Both the position numbers and the translations under genes were made by a program. From positions 10,566,088 through 10,630,087 of the forward strand of contig CM082590.2 in NCBI GenBank assembly GCA_040954595.2: a stretch of DNA of 64,000 nt. Reading direction: 5' to 3'. How positions within the stretch are numbered: position 1 is the stretch's first letter; every line of letters starts with the position of its first letter. This document shows positions 50,116-64,000 of this stretch, piece by piece. The notes under the pieces were generated by a model. That model was given only the letters and a program-made list of their open reading frames with translations, did not search any database and was not told the DNA's origin. This DNA is from Balanoglossus misakiensis. Its lineage: Eukaryota; Animalia; Hemichordata.

Positions 50116-52600
50116 CTATCTAATGAGTTTCTTGTCAAATCTCTCTGGAATGTTGGCAAGTTTTCGTATATCATATGTTGTTCTCCCGATTGCCTCTCTG
50201 CCTTCAGTGACGAAGTCTGACCAGTTGGAGTAACCAGCTGATACAAAGATGGTAGCTCCTTCAGAAAGAAAGAAAAAAAAAGAGACAAATTATATTCAAA
50301 GCTTGTTTCTCTTTATATACAGACACACAGTTGGTAGCATCATTGAATTCAGGGGAGGGCCTCATGTTTGCTTCTTTTGCTTTCAAGTAACAAGAATGTA
50401 TGACATTGACAAACAACCGAACTGGTTACCAAATGTCGCACATACTTAGACACACGCAGAAGTTGCAAATAGCACCAGAGTGAACTTACTGAAAGCTATT
50501 TCTTGTTCAAAGAGTGACAACATATAATAATCAGCCATGAATGTTCTGTATGTTTCAGGAACGTCAAGATCTGCAGAAATTATGATGTTTTCTCTTGGTA
50601 TCCGTGCTGACAAGATGTCCAATATTTCCTGCAAAATTTGAGGTAATGTAAAAGCATTAACTTGCACATGGTAACAGTGTTTACTAGCTGCCAATATGTG
50701 ATAAATTTACACTGTTACTTGACCTCTCCCTGACCCACACATACACACACACACATAGCCTGTCAATCGACAGCCGCTTGTGCCTTTGGTGCTGATAAAG
50801 TATTTTTCGTGATGTTCGCGAAAAATACTTTAAGTTCATCCGTGACTTGCTTTAATAGGAAAGCGTCTGTTTCACTAATTTAGACTCCGAAGGCTAATTT
50901 TGCAAGGAACTGGGTCAGAGCAGAATCCTTATATCAAAACGCCAAATGAAATGAAGCAGTTTGGCACAGCATAAAATCCGACTTACCATCGACCAGAGAG
51001 GACAGGCAACATAAAGACATTTAATGTTCTCTTTCTTCATTAAATCACTCACAGCATCAGTGGCAAGTCTGGCCAGTTTACGAACATCTCTTTTGATTTC
51101 CATGCATTCATTTTTATGAGTTTCACTTCTAAAGAAGCACCTGTAACATGAAAGGATACTAGTAGATTGTCTAATCCCGTCAGACCTGACACTGAATCAA
51201 ATGTTCGATCTACTTATCTTACTTCCTCTGGTCTGAAGATCACAAATATATGTATGATATTTCCACGTTCGTCACATCTAACCTGAACAGACAGTCAGTC
51301 AGAGACAGACAGGTAGAGAGACAGGCGGATGGATAGACAGACAGACAGACAGAAAGGTAGTCAGACAGTTAGAAAGACAGGTGGATGGACAGAAAGACAT
51401 ACAGTTACAGACAGAGAGTTAGACAGACAGACAGACAGACATAAACATGACAGACTTACGGCATCTCAGCCGACTTATTCCTCCAATGGAGTGCCATGTA
51501 GCTCTTCCCATCACAAATCATTTCAGACAAATCATCCACAACTTGTCTCACATGCGGTGATCGAACAAGATATTTGGCTATAGAAGCCAACGCGTCCTGT
51601 TTTTGTCCTTGGGCGAATTGTAAGCGGAATGGACTCTCTATGGTGAAGGCGAGACATTTGATTCTTCCGGTTTTTGATATTAACTCTCCAAGTTTGACAC
51701 CATATTCCAAATCTATTATTCTATCTGCTTCAGGCAGATCGATATTAATCATATCGCGATAAAGATCTCGACTGGTATTTTCATAATTGCTGTTTGTAAT
51801 CTTCCATCCAATGACTTCAGTGTTTTGTGCATTACAGTTCTGCCTGTATTGATCTATTGTCGCCAGGGGCATCAATTTTCTCAATGTTTCAACATCAAAC
51901 GTGCTGTTGAATGTCCTCATGTGTTCTGCTGTGAATCCACGAACATGTCCTCCGTGGAGATAAAAAGGAGTCATCACTAGAGAACGATTTGTCAGCAAAG
52001 ATAAAACCATACCGTTTTTAAAAGTTTCGTATTGTGCATTCGCCCCGCCTCCGAACATGCCCTTCAAGGCAAACAAATACTGGATTTGAGAATCATTCTT
52101 TGTTTTGTTGTCCATGGCAGCTGGAAATGTCGATGATGGTTGTTTTGTTGACATTTTTCCAAAAGGGATTCTTCTACCTTCCTTGGATATTTGGAGATCG
52201 GTATTTGTCATGTACTCGCTATGCATGTTGCGACTTCTGTTCACATGGACATCATTTGTACGTATGTCACTAGCCTGAACATAAACAGGAAAGAAGATTA
52301 ATTTAACTTTAAAATTGTCAATTCAGTAACAAGTAAGAGAGGAAATATCAGCTGCTAGTGGACCTAATATCCCTGGAGCCAGTACAATAACGCAACTATA
52401 AAATCCATACAAGCAAACAGTTGTAGCCAGAACTTGAGAATCCATACTCTGAACAGACTCACCTCATCATGCTTCGGTTGATAACCATAGAAGTCTCCAC
52501 TTGTAGCAATCATTGATGTACCACTGTACACAATAATCATAAAGACAATGGTCAGAAGTGCAAACCATTTTACTAAACGCCGGTATTTTAGTATCCACAT
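50116..52600 (-). CDS. O-fucosyltransferase-like protein, paralog B; 5 exons
   Basis: Exons 52600-52463, 52274-51460, 51140-50987, 50628-50490 and 50258-50116. Same motifs (GGGANAQYE, LLTNRSLVMTPF, YMALHWR, SLFEQEIAF, SNWSDFV). Confidence 0.82.
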
Positions 52601-53486
52601 ACTTCTGCATGTGTCAGAAATGAAATGTGCGTTTAGAAAATAAGACAATGTTTAATGTATGCAAAAGATATTGCTTAACATTCACTGTAGATTTTAGCCA
52701 ACCCAGTATGGTTTTAAGTTACAATAAATTTGTAACACATGGCAAGTAATCTGATGTTATGAACAACTGCATTTCATTGTTTTATTTTATTGCTTTTACA
52801 CATGTGCAAGTGTTAAATGATTTGCACAATACAATTGTTCAAAAGTCACACACCATCTGTTCATATCTTACTTCTGGTGAGTTGACTTATTGTCATATGT
52901 TTCAAAAACAGATTTTGTTTGATTACACGTTCCCTAGAGCTCACGTATTTGATTATATATTTTGTTGACTACCAAGGATATGGCTGTTGGAAAAAATGAT
53001 TGACAGTGTTGGTTCAGTTCCATAGGGATTAGCTCGTGGTTTGTTTGACAGATAGGTGCAGAATATATGAAATCTGACAGTACGAAGAAGTCGGGAGAGG
53101 GGTTAAGTGATTGAACAATCCAATGAAAGGACAAGTATGAAGATAAATTTGTCAGATGGTACATGCACATCAAATTGAAGCTGTCAGAGATCAGTGTTTG
53201 ACCTAATTATGGTTATAGTAATTAAAAAAACAGAAGCAAAGTATAAACTGTCAGCTGTTCTTTGTTGAAGCACATTTGGTGATGGGTGGATCACTTTAAT
53301 ACAAGTGATAGTTTCAGCTGCATTCAAGCGGAAATGGTTGACGGTCTTGTAATTATACAAATACTGTTACTGGGCAGGATGAACAACATATGGTTGGAAT
53401 TTTCTGGCCGGGTTTAGTCACAAGGCATCTGTTGGACGAGCACGCATACATGGTTACATTTGTTCTGTTCTAACAATTTTTTGAAC

Positions 53487-55869
53487 ATGTTTGTACAAAG
53501 ATACCAACAACTATTTCAACTTATTGTACTTGTAACAATTGTCTTGTTCATCTTTTATGGTGGCAGGTCATCGCGTCCAACACGGAAAAACATTTCAGAT
53601 TTACAGTCCAGCAAAGAGGTAAGCTGAGACACTTAAACGTATTGATTTCTGTCAACCAATACCACATGTTACATAGTGCCATGGGACGTCATACTTATTA
53701 GGCCTGTACCATCCACAAAGTTTCAGTATAGTTAGCTTTCAGTAGATTATATTTTATGACTGTTACCTGTATACTACAGGGTAAAAAGGGTATTTCTTGT
53801 GGGGAGGACAAATTCATATTTAAACTAATATTGAAATATTGTATAATTATGTAGCTTCTATGGTAATGATTTTTGCTTGTAATCCTTGTTATCTAGGTTG
53901 TAAGCAGGATTGCCAATGATCTCAACACAGACAATAATGGTAGTATTGATGTGTACCTGTCTACCAGTACTGTCATCCCTGAAGAAGGAAGTTACACTCA
54001 TTTTACTGTGAATATGAAAGAAGAAACAACAACCGCGGAACTTGATGTCGTTCCACCGAAACATTTGACAACTGATGTCAACTTCCTCGCTGATAACGAT
54101 CACCAAACTCGATATTTGTTTCCCACTAAAACCATCTTTTCCGGAGGATCCAATTCTCAGTACAATCACTTCAAACGAGCCGTCATGTTCGCTGTACTGA
54201 CAAACCGAACTCTGGTCATGACGCCATTCTATCTCCATGGCGGCCATGTTCGTGGTCTGACACTTGAACATATGCGATCATTCAATAATACGTTTGACGT
54301 GGACATATTAGAAGAGTTGTTGCCCCTGGCAACAGTGGACCAGTTCAAACAGGCCTGCAACTCTGACATTATCAAAATGACTGGGTGGGACATATACACA
54401 GGCACTTATGAAGCAACTAGAATATCATTATATCATGACAAGATTGCTGTTGATCTGCCACCATTGGACACTGCTGTAGAGTTCAAGAAAGGTATAACAC
54501 TGGATAAGGTGATATCGGACACTAGGTCTTTTGATTGCCTTGCATTCTCTGTAGATTCTGCACTCCAACTGCAAATTGACCAGGAAATGATACATGATGT
54601 GAAGACGGCCGTGGCCAAGAATATGGTACGCACACAGATGGTGAGAAATATTGTGGACAGTATGTCCGACAGCTTATGTCACGGGGAACGTTATCTTGCA
54701 CTCCATTGGAGGAATAAGTCAGCTGAGATGCCGTAAGTTACTATGACAACAGAATCTAAGTTTGTATATATTTGGAAAATACTTAGCATCAATGAGTAGC
54801 ATCATCATAGTGTTATTGTTGATGTTGTTGCTGTTATTGTTGATAGTGGTGATGAGGTACATGTAATGATGGTGGTGGTGGTTGTTTGAACTTTCAATGT
54901 TTCAAATCTTACAGGTGCTTCTTTGAGCGTGGAAAACGCATAAATGAATGCTCAAGTATCCTAACTGAAGTCAGAAAACTGGCAGAAATTTCAACCGATG
55001 TGTTGTATGATCTGATGAACCAAGAAAACATAAAATGCATTTATGTAGCCTGTCCACTTTGGTCAATGGTGGGTACATTTCTTCTTGGCATATGTGCATT
55101 GGTGGTGGGTAGTTCTCTCTGTTCATTCATGAGTATAAAACATGTTTATGAATGATATGTTCTCTTGTAAGAGGCACGTCTTGTAATTGTTGGGACTCGA
55201 GGAATATCAAATTCTCACCAGCTACAGTAAACATATCTTATACTGCAGTGTTCGGGCAGATGCCTGGTTTAAAAATTTCCCCATCACAAAGTGATTTATC
55301 AACTTTGCAGGAAATTGTGGATGTATTGTCGAAGCGTATAAGGAGAGATCACATCATCAGCTCCAGAGATCTTGATATCCCAGAAAAATACAGAAATTTT
55401 CTAAGCGACTATTATATGTTATCACTTGTCGAACAAGAAATTGCTTTCAGTAAGTTGGAATTTTATTTTTATAGATAGAGGTAGAAATTGATTTCAGAAG
55501 TTTTCTTTGATATGCCATTAAATAATTGCCATAGAAGTATAGAATGTTGATACTGACATCTTTATTTTAGTAGGTGTGTAAAGTCAGTATACTTGGGATA
55601 ATATGATAATACACGCACTTAAGCTGGTATACCAATGACTGCTACTTCAAATAGATTTTTCTTCTTTGCTGCAGGAAGAAAAACCTTGCAAACTTTAAAA
55701 CTGATCAATATCACTTTTTGTTTCCATAGGAGCTGCCATCTTTGTCTCGGCTGGTCATTCCAACTGGTCACAATTCGTCGCTGAGGGAAGGGAGGCTGTC
55801 GGAAGAACAACTTACAATATTCGAGAATTAGCGGGAATTCCTGACGATGTTGATATGAGACTCATTTGA
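53487..55869 (+). CDS. O-fucosyltransferase-like protein, paralog C; 5 exons
   Basis: Exons 53487-53618, 53897-54732, 54915-55068, 55311-55449 and 55730-55869. Motifs GGSNSQY, VLTNRTLVMTPF, YLALHWR, IYVAC, SLVEQEIAF, SNWSQFV. Confidence 0.82.
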
Positions 55870-56031
55870 TGTGTTGACATGTAACTGATTCGACAGAAGA
55901 CCATGTTTGTAGTTTGTAGTACGCCCTCACATGACATCAACACACATTTCACACTGCTACACAGGTTGCTATCAGTATACGTCAATCAGAATTGAAGAAT
56001 ACATCAACCCAAATTGACACTTGTCTCGTAG

Positions 56032-57495
56032 TGCTTTGGTTGTACATGTATTCTCACAAAACTGGCAAAAGCTGAAATATCTGAAGTACAAGCTGAAAGT
56101 GAAGGCATCATCAAGTCACTCAAGAGAGCTTTTGATAAGGAGAAAGAGAAGATCGAAAATGATAAACTTATGTTTGAGGGAAAAGAAAGTGCAATAGTTA
56201 ATGTCGCACAAACTGTGCAGGACCTTAGCAAGTATGGCACCCCTGCACAGATTGTGGTTTCAAAGCCCCTGGTAGAGCAATTCACTTTGGCGGTAGAAGC
56301 CTCGCCTATTCAAAAACATCCTTATGGAAGTGGATTGTTAACATTTGCCCCTTCTTCTATGCATTCAGGTAACATGGTGGGACACACACAGCACGCGTTT
56401 TCGCTGGTAGATTTGAAATTAAACCCGAATATCTCTTGTGAAGTTAGAGACGGTGACCTCGTTTATGCCAGTGTTGAGTTAAATTGCCCCACCAAAGAGC
56501 AAAAGATGCTAGCACAAAATTATGTCAATGCATGTGTGGAATATCCCGATGGAAAACTTAGGGAAATAGAGTTGATTCAATCAGAAGTTGACTCTTTATG
56601 TTTTAGTTTTCAATGTATGGGTACAGGTGTGCACAGAATTAGTGTAAAGTGTGGGCAGATTGATGTCGAGCCATACTGCTTCAGTGTAAAACCGAAGTTG
56701 AAGAATGTTGAAATTATAGAAAGCAAAGGTCGGCAAGGAGATGCTCTTGCGTTCTATTCGCCGCGTGGGGTCGCTGTTGATAAAAAAGGCAAAGTCATCA
56801 TCGCAGATGGTTTAAAACGAGTCCAAAAGTTGAACTGTGACAACCTCAAAAGGCGTGTGATAATCAGCGAGGAAACAGCATTTCCACAATGTATGGCAGT
56901 GTCGAATGAAAATGATTATTTTGTGACGAATATGCAGAAGGTTTCTGTTCATGATAGAAAAGGAAATCTGAAGAGTTCGTTCGGAGAAGGGGTACTTGAA
57001 TATCCAATGGGTATAAGCATTAATGATTCCAAAGGTGTTGTGTATGTTGCTAACAAGGGAAAACACACGCTTTCCATGTTCCAAAAAGATGGAAACTACA
57101 TTTCCTCTCTGGATGAAAATCTTCCAGAGAAGAACAAACTTCAAAATCCATATGATGTCGCGGTGAATTCCAAAGCGAGTGTGATTGTATCGGATCGAAG
57201 CAAGCACTGCATTCAGGTATATGATGATCTAGGCAATCCCAAATTCGCTTTCGGGTCAGAAGGCACAAGCCCAGGCCAATTGAAACATCCTGAAGGCCTA
57301 ACCGTGGACAAAGCCAACAATATCTATGTCTGCGATAACGGTAATAATAGGGTCCAGAAATTCGATGAGTTTGGCAGGTTTATTTGTTGCCTTGACAACA
57401 CCTGCAAGCTAGAAAGCCCTATGGGGATTGAAATCGACTGTGAAAACGATCGAATCTTCGTGACTGCTTACAACGCCGTGTACATTTTTGAGTAA
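56032..57495 (+). CDS. TRIM-NHL-like ORF (coiled-coil end, filamin-like domain, NHL beta-propeller); N-terminus missing
   Basis: Single open frame from 56032 (first ATG 56170). NHL repeats FYSPRGVAVD, LEYPMGISIN, LQNPYDVAVN, LKHPEGLTVD..NIYVCDNGNNRVQKF, LESPMGIEID. No RING or B-box seen. Confidence 0.8.
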   Translation, partial: CFGCTCILTKLAKAEISEVQAESEGIIKSLKRAFDKEKEKIENDKLMFEGKESAIVNVAQTVQDLSKYGTPAQIVVSKPLVEQFTLAVEASPIQKHPYGSGLLTFAPSSMHSGNMVGHTQHAFSLVDLKLNPNISCEVRDGDLVYASVELNCPTKEQKMLAQNYVNACVEYPDGKLREIELIQSEVDSLCFSFQCMGTGVHRISVKCGQIDVEPYCFSVKPKLKNVEIIESKGRQGDALAFYSPRGVAVDKKGKVIIADGLKRVQKLNCDNLKRRVIISEETAFPQCMAVSNENDYFVTNMQKVSVHDRKGNLKSSFGEGVLEYPMGISINDSKGVVYVANKGKHTLSMFQKDGNYISSLDENLPEKNKLQNPYDVAVNSKASVIVSDRSKHCIQVYDDLGNPKFAFGSEGTSPGQLKHPEGLTVDKANNIYVCDNGNNRVQKFDEFGRFICCLDNTCKLESPMGIEIDCENDRIFVTAYNAVYIFE

Positions 57496-58187
57496 ATTAC
57501 CGTGTCTTCAAAATGCTCTACCGGTACATGGAGCATTTTTTATTCAAATGCGTGACATTTTGTTCTTACTCATTTGTTACGAGGCCAGCAAACCAGCCGG
57601 CTCACCGTCTGTGAAATCACAGAACGTGAAACACTCTACTAAATAGCTACGTGACCTGTACCATACATTGTTTATAATATACCATGTACCGTACACGTAT
57701 ATCCAGTAACGGTGCAACTTTTAATATATATTATATTTCTTTTTCTTTTTAACATGTAAAGTCTTCCCTTCCCATCTAATCTTTCTCTCCCTCACACATA
57801 CACACACTTGCATGATTTAAACATGTACATGATTTCACTTACAATTGCCTGTTTATTATTTATATATGATTTAATTTTCATATTTTTACGTTTACTGTGT
57901 TAATTAACTGTTTTGTGTAACTTGAGTTTGTAAACAAATATATGACTTGATTTTATTTTTGATTAGCGTTTTACTAAGGAGCAGACATTCAGGTTTTGAA
58001 TATATGTATAACTTTTCATTGTATCGTGTCCATTAAACTTTAAAAGTCTCCAACTTTGATCGTATGTACCTGGTACGTATGAATGTGTATGTGTGTATGT
58101 TCTTGTATGTTTGTTTTCATTGTTTTGGGCACGTTGTCCAGTGTTATGGTCCCTGAACGATAGGACATGAACAACTTTACTTGTCGC

Positions 58188-61831
<3,644 letters not shown>

Positions 61832-63453
61832 TTCTGAAAGTTTTCAAAGTCTCAGTTCTGTCTGATTTTGCATGACATCGCGTCTGGCTTATATACCGTC
61901 AGGTAGTACAGTTGTCACACCACGTGACTAAATAATTATCATTCATGTGCTGTTTATAACAAGGCGTGGAATGTAGTGCATTAGAGATTTTAAAGAGAAA
62001 TATGGTAAAAAAGAATGAAAGAAATATTGACCTCTATCGTCAGAGAAAATTAATACAAATGTTGTGAACAAAAGGTGTAAGACTTCGGCTTTTGTAGCTT
62101 TGATGTGTTGGAAGGCACTGATCGGAAACCTTGCTGCGTATCCATGGCAACCACAGTTCTTGGAACATCTCAATCACTGTGAAAATTGCTCTCGAACGAG
62201 GCTGCAAGGTCAGTTGCGGTCAACCAGGCGAGGTCACCATCACATTGGAAAAACCTTGGTGATGGATTCCGTTGCAGATTTCTCCCAAATAAACCAACAG
62301 ACGAGCCAAAATTAGGCATAATAATTATTATTTGGATCTCAGAGGTTAATGAATTTCACAATATTTGATCGGGAAGACAAAACAAGGTGAGGATTTTCAT
62401 AATTAGTGTATTTACATCGTTGAGCACATTAGTGTGTTATTTGATAAAGTATATCTGACTCTATCTAGCTCTTAGGAGGTTGTCATGACGCTGAGTGGTG
62501 CAAAAATTACTCCGGAACACGTCTTAGAGTTCAAGGGGGCGGGGATTTTCTTGGTAAAGGTCGTGACCGGACGACCATTGTATAAAGAACAATAAGATTT
62601 ACATGTAACGGTACAGGTCAATTATGGCCATGCTTGGTCACGCCCCCTTGAGGCCAGGTCACCTGTTTCGGTCCACAGACAAAGTCACTTGCCAATTTTG
62701 TCAATCATTTGCGGTTATTAAATAGGAGTAATGTCTCGTGTTGTAATTGTCGTGAATAAATTGTGGCCTGTATATATTGCGTACAATTCGCTTAATATAT
62801 TCGTACGTGTAGACGGTGTACGTTTCATTTACGTTGAGATCGACACCGTTGTCAAACCGGATGTTTTTGTTTACATCATGTTGCTTTCGAGTTTCGACTC
62901 GAGCGAATCCGACGCCATAAACTCTAATCTGCTCGTGTCTTGCCGGTTAAATCAATTATAAGCTTCATGAATTCACTCATCACAAAACATGTGTGGTGGG
63001 CAATTATAATTGTAATTGATTGGTGCATTAATTTAAAAGAAAACGAGGCCTGATAGAGGAGATCAAGAAGTGAAAGTAGAATTAAGTGTACCAGATGGGG
63101 CCATAGTGTACAATGTATATTTCGATTGAAATATACATTGATTTGAAAAAGGAACTACAGTAGATACACAAAATAAAAATACTGAAAACGTAGGAAAAAG
63201 TTACAGCTAATGGAGAGATCCCAAATTGTAGTAAACCGTACCATCTTCTAACTCGATCACTTCAAGCTCATGGTTGTCAATTTCTCGTCAGAATAATGCA
63301 CGGTTATTGAAACCGGTATCTGACTACGGATAAGACTGGTCCAATTATAAAGACTTTCTCTCAAAATGCCGCGGAAACGATAGATGTCTGTGATTGGCTG
63401 TAAGAGATGGAAGATCATGAAGATGGGAATTCACAGGTTGCCATGGAAATTGA

Positions 63454-64000
63454 ATGGACTTGTATAAGATGCAGAATCAGCTGGAAAACCTAGTGAGAGA
63501 TAATCAGAATAATTTAACCGTAGATAAAAATTTGAAACTGAATGTGGATGTGAGTGAACTGGTTAAAGGGGAGAGCCCTCAACGTACATTTAAGGAGGAC
63601 TGTAGTCATGGTGACAGTGGAGGCGGTTGCCAACAGCAACCAATGGGCTTGCTGCAGACGAAGAAGAGAGAGAGAATTGACCAGGAAAATGATAACAGTG
63701 ACATTGCTACCAAAATTCCCAAAAAGGATGATTCCAACATAGGTATGAGTGAAAGTGAAATGAAAGATTTGGAAACTAGCGACAGATCGTCTCGTGAAGA
63801 GAGAAGTGGAACCAAATCCCTTGAAAATAAACAGGTGCTTGTTTCTGGCAAACCTGTACCAGTTCTTACAATTTCGAACATATCATCAAAGCCTTTTAAT
63901 TTTCAGGAATCTATTAAAAGCAAGAGTCTAGATTTAGAAACATCAGCAAAAAGTAAGATAGACTCTCTGTCACCTTGTCATGTGACTTCTTCTGTTGTGT
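63454..64000 (+). CDS. Unknown hydrophilic protein, open to the window end (partial)
   Basis: Stop-free frame MDLYKMQNQLENLVRDNQNN... of 182 codons, absent from the ORF track because it has no stop. Possible acceptor near 63291 and CpG-rich region at ~62500-62950. Confidence 0.55.
   Translation, partial: MDLYKMQNQLENLVRDNQNNLTVDKNLKLNVDVSELVKGESPQRTFKEDCSHGDSGGGCQQQPMGLLQTKKRERIDQENDNSDIATKIPKKDDSNIGMSESEMKDLETSDRSSREERSGTKSLENKQVLVSGKPVPVLTISNISSKPFNFQESIKSKSLDLETSAKSKIDSLSPCHVTSSVV

Overview
Intron-rich animal genomic DNA. An invertebrate deuterostome such as a hemichordate or echinoderm is plausible, but this is inference only. The window opens with the edge of a nested macrosatellite (~2.2 kb unit = ~790 bp spacer plus ~16 copies of an 88-bp monomer). 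Genes follow in this order: a ~50-exon TEP1 (TROVE-vWA-DUF4062-NACHT-WD40); a type II membrane protein fusing an FkbM-type methyltransferase to a degenerate CE4/NodB domain; a class A GPCR; an acyl-CoA dehydrogenase with one in-frame TAA; three paralogous O-fucosyltransferase-like genes; an N-terminally incomplete filamin/NHL (TRIM-like) ORF; GATM; and an unknown ORF running off the right end. Introns carry MITEs, SINEs, an L2 fragment and microsatellites. The strongest unannotated signals are two Penelope-type hammerhead ribozymes (one sense-oriented in an intron and covered by its own 59-nt antisense arm), a candidate glycan-decoration gene set, a minisatellite that multiplies a TEP1 splice donor, a perfect triple-AGGTCA DR4 element and two POU/octamer clusters. 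Exon boundaries were read by eye and no database search was run.
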